A stretch of 64,000 nucleotides of DNA from Planctomycetota bacterium. GTDB lineage: Bacteria > Planctomycetota > PLA2 > JAEUHO01. Under the pieces are notes generated by a model. It worked only from the letters and a program-made list of their open reading frames with translations, did not search any database and was not told the DNA's origin. Both the position numbers and the translations under genes were made by a program. The first letter of the stretch is position 1; every line of letters begins with the position of its first letter. The stretch covers positions 47,233 through 111,232 of the forward strand of contig CBDCWP010000040.1 of assembly GCA_965223505.1 (NCBI GenBank), read 5' to 3'. Positions 45,626-55,108 of this stretch are shown here, piece by piece.

Positions 45626-48600
45626 GCGTGCAAGATACCCTGATGGGGATGAGCCACGAGCCGAGACGGCCCAGGACGAGCTGGACCGCCTCGCAGAGGA
45701 GTTCGTCTCCCGTTCGCGCAAGGGAGAGTCGCCCTCGATCTCGGAGTACGCGCACCGTCATCCCGAGCACGCCGACGAGATCCGCGACATCTTCCCGCTG
45801 CTCACGGCGATGGAGGGCATCAAGGCGGCCGAGCCCATGGCCGGTACGCACGTCGGTCCGTACGAGATCGTCCGGGAGATCGGCCGAGGCGGCATGGGTG
45901 TGGTGTACGAGGCCGAGCAGAAGGAGCTCGACCGCCGCGTCGCGCTGAAGATCCTCCCGACGCAAGCGACGCTCGATCCACGCTTTCTCGAACGCTTTCG
46001 GCTCGAAGCACAGGCGGCGGCCAAGCTCAACCATCCGAACATCGTTCCCGTCATCGGCTACGGCCAGGCCGACGACATTTCACTACTACTCGATGCAGTA
46101 CATCGAGGGACGCGGACTGGACGAGCTCATCGCCGACGCCGACGCGTCGGTGGACGGAACCGACGGTGGCACCGCACGCGCGTACTTCGATCGCGTCGCG
46201 CGCATCGGGCTGCAGGCGGCGGAGGCGCTCGCGCATGCGCACGCGCAGGGCGTGCTGCATCGCGACGTCAAGCCGACCAACGTCATGCTCGACGAGAGCG
46301 GCCACTGCTGGATCACCGATTTCGGGCTGTGCCGCCAGGAGGGCTCGGACGGGCTCACGCGCACGGGTGACGTCCTGGGCACGTTCCGCTACATGCCGCC
46401 CGAACGGTTCGCGGGCGTCTCCGACGTGCGTGGCGACATCTATGGCGTCGGCATCACGCTCTACGAGCTGCTCACGCGACGCCGGGCGTACGAGGGCGAC
46501 GACGCCGGCGGTTCTCGCGACGCGCATTCCCAACGAGGAGCCGAAGCGCCCCCGCGCGCTGGAGCCACGCATTCCGCCGGATCTCGAGACGATCGTGCGC
46601 AAGGCGATGGCGCACGACGCCGCGCAGCGTTACGCGACCGCCGAAGCGCTGGCGACGGACCTGCGCGCGTATCTCGCCGGCCAGCCGATCGCGGCGCGCG
46701 CCCCCACCGCCGGCTATCTCCTTCGCAAGGCGATCGGCCGGCACAAGACGCTGACCGCGACGGTGCTCGTCGCGACGCTGCTGCTCGTGGCGAGCTCCGT
46801 GTGGTACGTGCTCGATCTGAAGAAGAAGGAGACGACGGGCGCGCCTGCGCCAGTACGCGGCGAGCATCGGCGCCGTCGAGGCGGCCATGCGGTCCGGCGA
46901 CATGCATCGCGCGGCGCGAAACTCTGGACGAGGCGCCGCCCGAGTTCCGCAACTGGGAGTGGCGCCACCTGCGAAGCCGCCTCGATCCGACGTTGCGTCG
47001 ATTCGAGAGTCTTCCGGACGTCGCGAACGACGTGACCTACCACCCCGACGGCACGCACTTCGCCGTCGTCGTCGGCGACGAGGTCCGCGTCTACGCGGAC
47101 GCGACCGGCGAGGTCGTATCGAAGCTCACAACGGACGGACGACCCCGATGGGTTCGTTGGCATCCGAGGGCGCATCAGATCGCGGTCGGAACGTCGAGCG
47201 CGCTGGAGCTCTGGACGTGGCCCGGTTGCGAGCGCACGTTCGTCGGCGAGGAGCTCGGCGACCACGCGAGTGTCGACTACGTGAACGCCGGCACGCAGAT
47301 CGTCAGCGGCATCGATCCCGGCATCGTCGTCTGCTACGACGCCGAAACCGGCATGCCGATCTCGCGCGGCACGTTCCCGGCGCGCGTGCTCGCGACCGTC
47401 AGCTTTCCAGACGCCGACTTGACGGTCGTCGGGACGGCGGACGGGCGCGTCTGGTGCAAGCGCCGAAGCGACTGGGCGACGGTCTGGTCGCACGCGTTGA
47501 GCCGCTACGGCATCGACGGGCTCGCCGTGCTTCCCGGCGAGCGTGTCGCGGTCACGACGCGCGACGGCCTGCTGCGCGTGTTCGAAGCGCAGGGCGGCCG
47601 CGAGCTTCACACATTTCCCACGACCTCCGGCGCCGGCGGTTTCCTGCACGATCCGACGGGCCGGCGCACCATGGTGTTCGACCACGGCAAGCTGCGGGTG
47701 CTGGACGACGGCGACGGCAAGGAGCTCTACACGCTCTCTGGTCACCCGTCGCCGCACCGGGGCGCCGTTCATCCCGAGGGCCGCCGAGCGATCGTGGCGT
47801 CGTCCTGGGGTGCGGTCGGCGAGTGGTACCTCGGTGAGACGCGTGATCCGTACGTCTTGACGGGACACATGGACGACGTCGGAACGGCGGACTGCGGCGC
47901 TCGCTTCGTCGCGTCCGGCGGCTTCGGCGGCGAGGTTCGTCTCTGGGAGGTCGCGACGGGCGAGCTCGCGCGCGTGTTCTACGGCACGGGCGGCGTCGTG
48001 AACGCGGTGCGGCTGTCGCCGGGCGAACGGCCGGCTCGCGGTAGCGGACAGCGATGGATACATCGCGATCTGGAACCTCGAAACGGACGCCGTCGAGCGC
48101 CGATGGCGCGTCGACGACGAAGGCGTCGACGAGCTGCGCTGGCTCCCGGACGCACGACACGTCGTGAGCCTCTCGCGCGATGGGTATCTACGAATCTGGG
48201 ACGTCGAAACGGGACGAGCCGTGCGCGAGTCGCTCGCCTTCGAACCACTCGAGCGACACGAAGCCGCCTGGGGACGCATGGCCGTGCGTCGCGACGGGCT
48301 TCGAATCGCCACCGGCGTTCGACGTCGGATTCGCGTTTGGGAGACGTCGTCGCTCTCGCAGGTGAGCTCGTTCGAAGCGCACGATCTCGCGATCACGGGG
48401 CTGACGTTCCATCCGAGCGAGGACCGGCTAGCGTCGGTCTCGAACGACCAGACCCTGCGCGTGTGGGTGCCGTCGACGCGACATCAGAGCGCGGATCCAT
48501 CAGAGCGCCGACATCGATCGGTCGCTTCGCTGGAGCGCGGGACTGAGCGACGTCATCTACACGCCTGACGGAAGTCGTCTGGTCGCGAGCACGTACAGCG

Positions 48601-49349
48601 GCGCGGTGCGTTTCTGGGACACCGGTGAGATGCACTCGATCGGGAGCATCAAGCATGCTCGGAGCTGGATCACGGAGATCGCCTTCAGCCCCGACGGCGA
48701 GCGATTCTTGACGGCGCTCACGAACGGTACGGTGCAGATCTGGGACAGCCGGCTGGTCAAGGAGCGCGTCGGCGCCTGGGAACGCGCGGCAAAGCTGCGC
48801 GCGCGCGCCCGCCCCGTCGTCGAGGAGCTGAGCGAGAGCGCGCATGACCTGGACGCGTTGATCGGCGCACTGAAGGCCCGAACGACTCTGGAACCGGACG
48901 TGGCGGAGGCCGCGCTACGGCTCCTGTACCACCGGGACGCCTCGCACGAGGGCATGGTTCGTCGCTTGTGGCGGGCGCTGACGCCCTCGAACGGCGATCC
49001 CCATCAGGTCGCGATCGCGCTTTCCCTCGCCCGCGGTCTCTGGCGTGCGACCCGGCATCGTGCGGAACAGGATGCGCGCTGCGAGACGCTGCTGCTCGTG
49101 GCCTACCACCGTGCCGGCAAGCCGGAGCACGCACGCTGGGCTTTCGAGCAGATCGGCGAGCGCAACCGGCTTCGCGCGCCGCAGCTGCATGCCGTCGACC
49201 TCGCATTCGCATCGATGAGCAGCGCCGATCTGGACGACATGGCGCAAGCGCGAGCCCACCTGCGGGCGCTCGAGTCGCTGCTCGAGAAGCACCCCGAGCT
49301 TCGAACGAAGCGTGTTCTTCAATTCCTGAACGAGGCGCGCGCCAAGTAG
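45624..49349 (+). pseudogene. Ser/Thr protein kinase - TM - WD40-repeat protein with six +1 frame disruptions
   Basis: Kinase motifs are [28 protein letters not shown] and DFGL. A TM helix ([21 protein letters not shown]) and the linker [12 protein letters not shown] follow. WD40 blades end in LWTW, LWEV, IWNL, IWDV, RVWE, RVW, RFWD and QIWD. There is a helical C-terminal tail. A continuous reading requires shifting +1 near 46078, 46510, 46838, 46915, 48022 and 48480. Confidence 0.8.
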
Positions 49350-49354
49350 CGATC

Positions 49355-50446
49355 CTAGATCGTCGCGCAGAGGATCGCGCCGGCGACGACGATGCTCCAA
49401 CGCACGCCTTCCGCGGTCTTGCCCCAGGGTCTGTTCTCCATCAGGCCGGCCAGGCTGACGAGGGTCGCGATGAGGACGGCGCCCAACCAGATCCGTGTGA
49501 TCGGCGTGAACAACTCGAACGCATACATGAACGCCAGCACGCCGGCGACGGCGAGCGCGACCTGCGCCGCGACATACGGCGAGACGCGACCCTCTGCGAC
49601 GGATGACGGACGAGCACCACGCGATCCGATCTCGCGCGGTCGCCATCCCGGTCGCGCAACGAGTACGTAGAGCTTCTGCCATACCGTCGGGCACGCACGC
49701 GCGACGTCGATCATGTGTGCGTAATAGTGCACATTCGCCCAAAGCGGATTCGAGCTCTTCAACGGCATCTCGATGCCGTATGCGGGACGCTCCTCCTCCA
49801 CCTGAAACGTCCCGAACAGCCTGTCCCACACGATCAGGATCGCGCCGTAGTTCTTGCCGCAGTACTTTGCATCGCGCCCGTGATGCACCCGATGGTGCGA
49901 GGGTGTGTTGAACACCGCCTCATACCAGGCCGGCATTCTGCCGATCGCCTCGGTATGCAGGCACAGCGGATACAGCCGCATGAAGCCGATGATCGTCCAG
50001 AACACGACCGGCGTAAATCCGAGCATCGCGACGGGAAGGAAGAAGACGAATCCCGGCAGGTGGTGGAACCACGGCTGGCGAAACCCGATCGCGATGTTCA
50101 TCCGGTCACTGGAGTGGTGAACGATGTGTCCGCCCCAGAGGAAGTTCCACTCGTGACTGAACCTGTGTGCCCAGTAGTACACGAAGTCCAGCGCGAGGAA
50201 GCACCCGAGCACCGACAGCGGCGTGACGTCGAAGCGGGCGGGCGCGAGGTGCGCGAAGACCCACGCGTAGGCCCCGATGAACAGCGCGAGGTAGAACATC
50301 CCGAAGACCTGGCTGCCGGCGCCGATCGACAGGTTCGCGACGGTGTCCCGCGCTCCGTAGAAGCTGCGCCCGCGACGGCGCCCGTGCGCGTGTTCCAGCA
50401 GCGCCACGGCGAGGAAGACGGGGACGGCGTACAGGATGATCTTCAT
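49355..50446 (-). CDS. Fatty-acid hydroxylase / sterol-desaturase superfamily membrane protein
   Basis: 363 aa, polytopic. The His boxes are HRFSHEWNFLWGGHIVHHSS and HHRVHH. Confidence 0.8.
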   Translation of the reverse strand: MKIILYAVPVFLAVALLEHAHGRRRGRSFYGARDTVANLSIGAGSQVFGMFYLALFIGAYAWVFAHLAPARFDVTPLSVLGCFLALDFVYYWAHRFSHEWNFLWGGHIVHHSSDRMNIAIGFRQPWFHHLPGFVFFLPVAMLGFTPVVFWTIIGFMRLYPLCLHTEAIGRMPAWYEAVFNTPSHHRVHHGRDAKYCGKNYGAILIVWDRLFGTFQVEEERPAYGIEMPLKSSNPLWANVHYYAHMIDVARACPTVWQKLYVLVARPGWRPREIGSRGARPSSVAEGRVSPYVAAQVALAVAGVLAFMYAFELFTPITRIWLGAVLIATLVSLAGLMENRPWGKTAEGVRWSIVVAGAILCATI

Positions 50447-50505
50447 TGGTCTCCGTACCTACGTGCCCCCTTCCGCCGCCGGCGGATGGGTGATTTCGGA
50501 GGCCG

Positions 50506-51738
50506 ATGACGAAGAGAAGCGCTCCTCTCTGGTTCCGCGCCTTCAACCGCGCCGGCGCGCTCGCGGCCGGGATGGGCGTGCGGCTCGTCTCGCTGGAGCC
50601 CGAAGCGCTCATCCGTCGCGCGCGCCGCCGCACCGGTCTCGACGACCTCGGCGACACGTCGGACCGGGAAGGACTCGAGCGACTGTGCCTGTCGCTGGAA
50701 GACGACGCGCGGCTGAGCCTGGGCGGGCGCATCGTGATGCGCGACAACATCACGAATGCGCTCGTCAACCGGTTGCGTCTCCTCGAGGCCCGAAAGCGGA
50801 CTCCCGCGACGTTCGAGACGCCCCTCGTGGCGCCGCTGATGGTTGTCGGACTTCCGCGCTCCGGAACGACGCTCCTGCATCGGCTGCTCGCGCTCGCCGC
50901 GGGTGCACGGCCGCTGCTTCTGTGGGAGCTGCTCGAGCCGATGCCCGGACCCGCACCGAACGTTCGACGCGATCGCGTTCAGAAGCGTGTCGACATGCTG
51001 AAACGGCTGGCACCCGCGTACGCCGCGAAACACCACCTCGATGCCGACGAGCCGGACGAGTGTGCGCTGCTGCTCGACGGCTGCTTCACCAGCGCGGTGT
51101 GGTGCATGCTGGCGCCGGTGTTCGGGTACATCGAGTGGGTCACCGACCGTGATCCCACGCCCGCGTATCGGATGTATCGCGCGTACCTGCAACATTTTCA
51201 AAGCGCGACGCCTCGTTTACGGCTCACGCTCAAAGCGCCGCTTCACACAGCGTACTTGGACGCCCTGTTCGCCAACATCCCAAACGTGATGGTCGTGCAG
51301 ACGCATCGAGATCCGGTCGAAGTGATTCCGAGCCTGATCAGTCTCTTCGAGACGATGTACGGCGTGATCAGCGGTGTGGAACGTTCCGCAATTGCGCCGT
51401 TTGTCGCAGACGTGCTGGAGATGATGGTCGACCGGAATCTCGATGCGCGCAGCCGCATCTCGTCGGATCGGCTCATCGACGTCTCGTACGAAGAGCTCAC
51501 GAGCGACGCCGTGGGCACGACGCGAAAGATCTACGACCATTTCGACCTCGGGTGGACCGACGGTCACCAAGCGCGCGTCGAGGCGTGGATGCGAGCCCGC
51601 CCACGGCACCGATCGGGCGTCCACACGTACGACCTGCACGGGTCCGGCCTCACCAAACCCGGTCTGGCGGCTCGATTCGCGACGTACCGCGCCCTCTTCG
51701 TCGAACACCCCCGTCGCGGCAGCGTCCGGGTCGGCTGA
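50506..51738 (+). CDS. Sulfotransferase-family protein
   Basis: 410 aa. The PAPS 5'-phosphosulfate-binding loop is VVGLPRSGTTLLHRLLA. It has the typical length of bacterial Sulfotransfer_3-type proteins. Confidence 0.75.
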   Translation: MTKRSAPLWFRAFNRAGALAAGMGVRLVSLEPEALIRRARRRTGLDDLGDTSDREGLERLCLSLEDDARLSLGGRIVMRDNITNALVNRLRLLEARKRTPATFETPLVAPLMVVGLPRSGTTLLHRLLALAAGARPLLLWELLEPMPGPAPNVRRDRVQKRVDMLKRLAPAYAAKHHLDADEPDECALLLDGCFTSAVWCMLAPVFGYIEWVTDRDPTPAYRMYRAYLQHFQSATPRLRLTLKAPLHTAYLDALFANIPNVMVVQTHRDPVEVIPSLISLFETMYGVISGVERSAIAPFVADVLEMMVDRNLDARSRISSDRLIDVSYEELTSDAVGTTRKIYDHFDLGWTDGHQARVEAWMRARPRHRSGVHTYDLHGSGLTKPGLAARFATYRALFVEHPRRGSVRVG

Positions 51739-51957
51739 CGATTCGGCGCCGGTCCCGCTCGCCGGGAGGGAGCCGCGGCCACGCCGCCTTCTCCGGTCCT
51801 TAACACCCGTCCAGATGGATCTAGGGGAGCGCCCAGCGACCGGTACACTTCCGCTTGGCGATGCGACCTGTGGCGGTTCGGACCGATGTGGTTCGAGTTC
51901 CGATAGCCGACTTCCCCGGAGCCCGAACTTGCGAACCCCGAACCCGGTGAGCGGCGT

Positions 51958-53076
51958 ATGCCGATGACCCACGCCGACGCGCGGCCGGCGCAGGACCGCG
52001 TTCGATTCAAGGCAACGGATCCGTTCCAGCGCAGGCTGCGCGCCGTGGTCGAGCGCTACCTGCGCATGACCGGGCGCAGGCCGCGCGACTGCGCATCCAT
52101 GTACGTCAAGACGGCAATCATCTTCGTGTGGGCGATCGCGTCGTACATCTTGCTCGTCTTCTACGCCTTCGCGTGGTGGCAGGCCGTCCCCCTGGCCGTC
52201 TCCCTGGGACTGGCGACCGCGGCCATCGGCTTCAACGTCCAGCACGACGGCAGCCACAACGCCTACTCGAACCGCGGATGGGTCAACAAGCTCATGGCCC
52301 GGACGCTGGATCTGGTCGGCGCCAGCTCCTTCGTGTGGGCGCGGAAGCACAACACGATCCACCACACGTACACCAACATCGAAGGCTGGGACGACGACAT
52401 CAATGTCGGCTTCTTCGGCCGGCTCTCCCCCGCACAGAAGCGCTACCGCTTCCACCGGCTGCAACACCTTTATCTTTGGGTACTGTACGCATTCCTTCCG
52501 ATGAAGTGGCAGTGGTACGACGACTTCAAGGACGTCGCGAAGGGCCGGATCAACGCCTACCGGATCAGCCGGCCGAAGGGCTGGGATCTGGCGTTCCTGA
52601 TCCTCGGCAAGGCGATCTTCTTCTCGTACGCGCTGGTCTTGCCGGCGCTCTTCCACCCGCTCTGGCTCGTCCTGTGTATCTACGCGGTGGCGTGCTTCTC
52701 GCAGGGTGTCGTATTGAGCGTCGTCTTCCAGATGGCCCACGTGGTGGAAGAGGCCGGTTTCCCGGAGCCGGACGCCGAGACCGGCCACATGCCGGACTCG
52801 TGGGCGGTGCACCAGATTCGAACGACCGTGGACTTCGCCAGGAACAACCGCTTGGTGTCCTGGTACGTCGGCGGGCTCAATTTCCAGGTCGAGCACCACC
52901 TGTTCCCGCGCATCTGTCACGTGCACTACCCGCGGATCTCACGCGTGGTCGAGCGCGCTTGCGCGAAGGCCGGCATCCCCTATCGCGCGAACGACAAGCT
53001 GTGGGGCGCGATCCGCTCCCACTACCGCTGGCTCAAGCGCATGGGCCGTCCGGAATCCGCGACCGCCGCGGCGTGA
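51958..53076 (+). CDS. Membrane fatty-acid desaturase, front-end type (QxxHH third His box), no cytochrome b5 fusion
   Basis: 372 aa with His boxes QHDGSHN, HNTIHHTYTN and QVEHHLFP. Confidence 0.85.
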   Translation: MPMTHADARPAQDRVRFKATDPFQRRLRAVVERYLRMTGRRPRDCASMYVKTAIIFVWAIASYILLVFYAFAWWQAVPLAVSLGLATAAIGFNVQHDGSHNAYSNRGWVNKLMARTLDLVGASSFVWARKHNTIHHTYTNIEGWDDDINVGFFGRLSPAQKRYRFHRLQHLYLWVLYAFLPMKWQWYDDFKDVAKGRINAYRISRPKGWDLAFLILGKAIFFSYALVLPALFHPLWLVLCIYAVACFSQGVVLSVVFQMAHVVEEAGFPEPDAETGHMPDSWAVHQIRTTVDFARNNRLVSWYVGGLNFQVEHHLFPRICHVHYPRISRVVERACAKAGIPYRANDKLWGAIRSHYRWLKRMGRPESATAAA

Positions 53077-53104
53077 CGATCCGACGAGCGGCGCGGACAT
53101 GAAA

Positions 53105-53127
53105 TCGGCCGGGACGAGCCCGGCCGA
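53105..53127. terminator. GC-rich hairpin between convergent desaturase and RRM genes (possible bidirectional terminator)
   Basis: UCGGCCGGG-acgag-CCCGGCCGA forms a 9-bp stem. It is flanked by AAA on the plus side, which is UUU on the minus transcript. The U tract is weak. Confidence 0.35.
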
Positions 53128-53160
53128 AGAGATCTCTCGGAGATGTGTGGCGTGAGACGC

Positions 53161-53442
53161 CTACCAGCGACCGCCGCCGCCGCCACGCGGTTCACGCGGC
53201 TTGGCGAGGTTCACCTTGAGGTTGCGACCGCCGAGATCCTGCCCGTCGAGCGCCTGCATGGCGGTCTGGGCTTCCGCATCGCTGCTCATCTCGACGAAAG
53301 CGAAGCCTCGCGGCCTGCCGGTGTCGCGGTCCATGATGACGTTGACACTTGTCACGGTGCCGTGGGCCGAAAAGGCGTCTGTGATGTCGTCTTCGGTGCT
53401 GTCGAACGACAGGTTGCCCACATAGAGTTTGTTCTGAGCCAT
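53161..53442 (-). CDS. RRM-type RNA-binding protein with Gly-rich tail
   Basis: Start at ATG 53442 (MAQNKLYVGNL, which is RNP2). RNP1 is RGFAFVEM, and the C-terminus is REPRGGGGGRW. Confidence 0.88.
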   Translation of the reverse strand: MAQNKLYVGNLSFDSTEDDITDAFSAHGTVTSVNVIMDRDTGRPRGFAFVEMSSDAEAQTAMQALDGQDLGGRNLKVNLAKPREPRGGGGGRW

Positions 53443-53827
53443 TGTGATTTTCGAGTCCTTGATTCCTTGCCCCGGAACCGGAGTTCTCATCCGACGCCTT
53501 AGGGGCTCTTGCTTGTGATGACAAAGCCGCTAAGGCGACCGCGCTGAGTGGGTCGAGCCTGGCTCGTCCCCAGACGCATCGATGAGCGAAAGAAGATCTG
53601 TCGCGGCGATCGTACTCCGCTTCGGCCCGACCGGCCCGTTCCCCTTGCCGGCCCCCGAAAATCCGCGTCGGGCCAGGCGCGAGGCCGAGGTGACGTGTGC
53701 TCCCGCGGGGCCTCACGGCGGGCTACCGAGGGCTAACAGCACGCTTCCCGGAACAGAATCGGAAATTCCGGTTGGGTCGCCGGGGCCGGATTGACGACAG
53801 GGACTCCGCAATTGCCGTGTCGATTCC

Positions 53828-54520
53828 GTGCCCCCCGGGAAGCGACGCGCGGCCTTGTGGTGCCGGAATGTCGGTCGGGCCTTAGGGAGACCCGCCCTGG
53901 AACTTCAAATCCCCCCCTGTCGCAGGCGCCGGAAATCCGCGGAGGGCGGATTCACCGTCCTCGAAGCGCTGATGGGCGCGATCGTCCTCGCCATCGCGCT
54001 CCTGGGTCACTTGGCCAGCACCGGTACCGAGCAGCGACTGTCCGAGCAGCAACGCGTTCGCAGCTCCGTGCTTCAGACCAGCCGCCAGTTCATGGAGCGA
54101 CTACGCTCCGACGAGGACTGGGCCGGGCTCTACAGCCGTCTCCGCTCCATTCAGGTTGCGACCGCCCTCGACGGCAAGACGGGAACGGCGCTTCAGAGCG
54201 GAAAGCTGGCCTGGGCACCGGACGACTACTTCGACGGCATCGTCCTTCCGTCGTTCCTCGACGACCTCCGCGTGCGCGTCGAGGTGCCGATGACGCCGAC
54301 GACGGTCGCCGCAGGCGGAACGGCCATGCGCCTGCGCGAAGACGCCAACCTGACGCGATTCGGCCTGCCGAAGGACCTGAACGGCGACGGCCTGATCGAC
54401 GCGGACCCGCGCGACAACGACTACGTCGCGCTGCCCGTCGAGGTGACGTTCCGATGGGTGTTGCGCGGCCGCGGCCCGCGTGAGCTGCGCGTGAGCACGT
54501 GGCTGAGAGGAGACCGCTAA
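53828..54520 (+). CDS. Prepilin-type N-terminal cleavage/methylation domain protein (pseudopilin 1)
   Basis: Contains AEGG|FTVLEALMGAIVLAIALLG (G|F...E5). The listed ATG gives an unusually long leader, so the true start may be internal (for example CTG 53897 after AGGGAGA). Confidence 0.65.
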   Translation: MPPGKRRAALWCRNVGRALGRPALELQIPPCRRRRKSAEGGFTVLEALMGAIVLAIALLGHLASTGTEQRLSEQQRVRSSVLQTSRQFMERLRSDEDWAGLYSRLRSIQVATALDGKTGTALQSGKLAWAPDDYFDGIVLPSFLDDLRVRVEVPMTPTTVAAGGTAMRLREDANLTRFGLPKDLNGDGLIDADPRDNDYVALPVEVTFRWVLRGRGPRELRVSTWLRGDR

Positions 54521-55104
54521 TGCGCATCCCCACACATCGGTCGCAACGGGGCTTCACCGCCCTCGAGGTCATGATCGTGATCATCATCCTCGCGACGGGC
54601 ATGCTCGGTCTCGGCAAGGCCATGCGAACGGCCTACGGTCTGGCGGGCGACTCGCAGCTCATGACCCAGGCACACGCCGAGCACCGCAAGAACTTCGAGA
54701 TCATCGCCAACGTTCTGCGTCAGGCGGACGTCAACACGCTCGACGGCTTCGTCGAGTCGGGACCTCCCGGCGAGGAAGTCATGACGTGCGCCAACCCGCG
54801 CTTCGATCGGGTGGTCGGCTCGAACGCGGACGGCCGCGTTTGGGGCGACACCGAGGAGCTGCGTTGGGAGAACGCGCCGTCCGTGAACGGCGTTGCCCAG
54901 CCCGGCAAGTTGATGCTGTATCGCCTCGCGGCGGACGGGACCGAGCTCGCGAAGCGCAAGATCGGTCGCAACATTCCGTCCGGAGGCTTCCTGCTGCGCC
55001 AGGAAGGGCGAACACTCGTCATCAAGCTCACCACCTACTACGTGATGCCAGGACGCGAACCGCACTTCGTACACAGTGAGACCGCTGTGTCGCTGAGGAA
55101 CTAG
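54520..55104 (+). CDS. Prepilin-type N-terminal cleavage/methylation domain protein (pseudopilin 2)
   Basis: Start at ATG 54520 (TAATG overlap with the upstream stop, GAGAGGAGA upstream). The N-terminus is MRIPTHRSQRG|FTALEVMIVIIILATGMLGLG. Confidence 0.75.
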   Translation: MRIPTHRSQRGFTALEVMIVIIILATGMLGLGKAMRTAYGLAGDSQLMTQAHAEHRKNFEIIANVLRQADVNTLDGFVESGPPGEEVMTCANPRFDRVVGSNADGRVWGDTEELRWENAPSVNGVAQPGKLMLYRLAADGTELAKRKIGRNIPSGGFLLRQEGRTLVIKLTTYYVMPGREPHFVHSETAVSLRN

Positions 55105-55108
55105 CTGC

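Noticed and set aside
42313-48510. Programmed ribosomal frameshifting as the explanation for the frame breaks
   Set aside because: There are eight breaks in three unrelated genes. No shared slippery heptamer or downstream structure is present. Six consecutive programmed shifts in one gene is implausible.
53443-53827. Structured RNA (riboswitch, RNase P or tmRNA) in the 385-bp spacer between the RRM gene and the pseudopilin operon
   Set aside because: I could find no recognisable conserved cores (no RNase P GAGGAAAGUCC, no tmRNA tag or acceptor, no B12 box). It is probably long UTRs and promoters. An Infernal scan would settle it.
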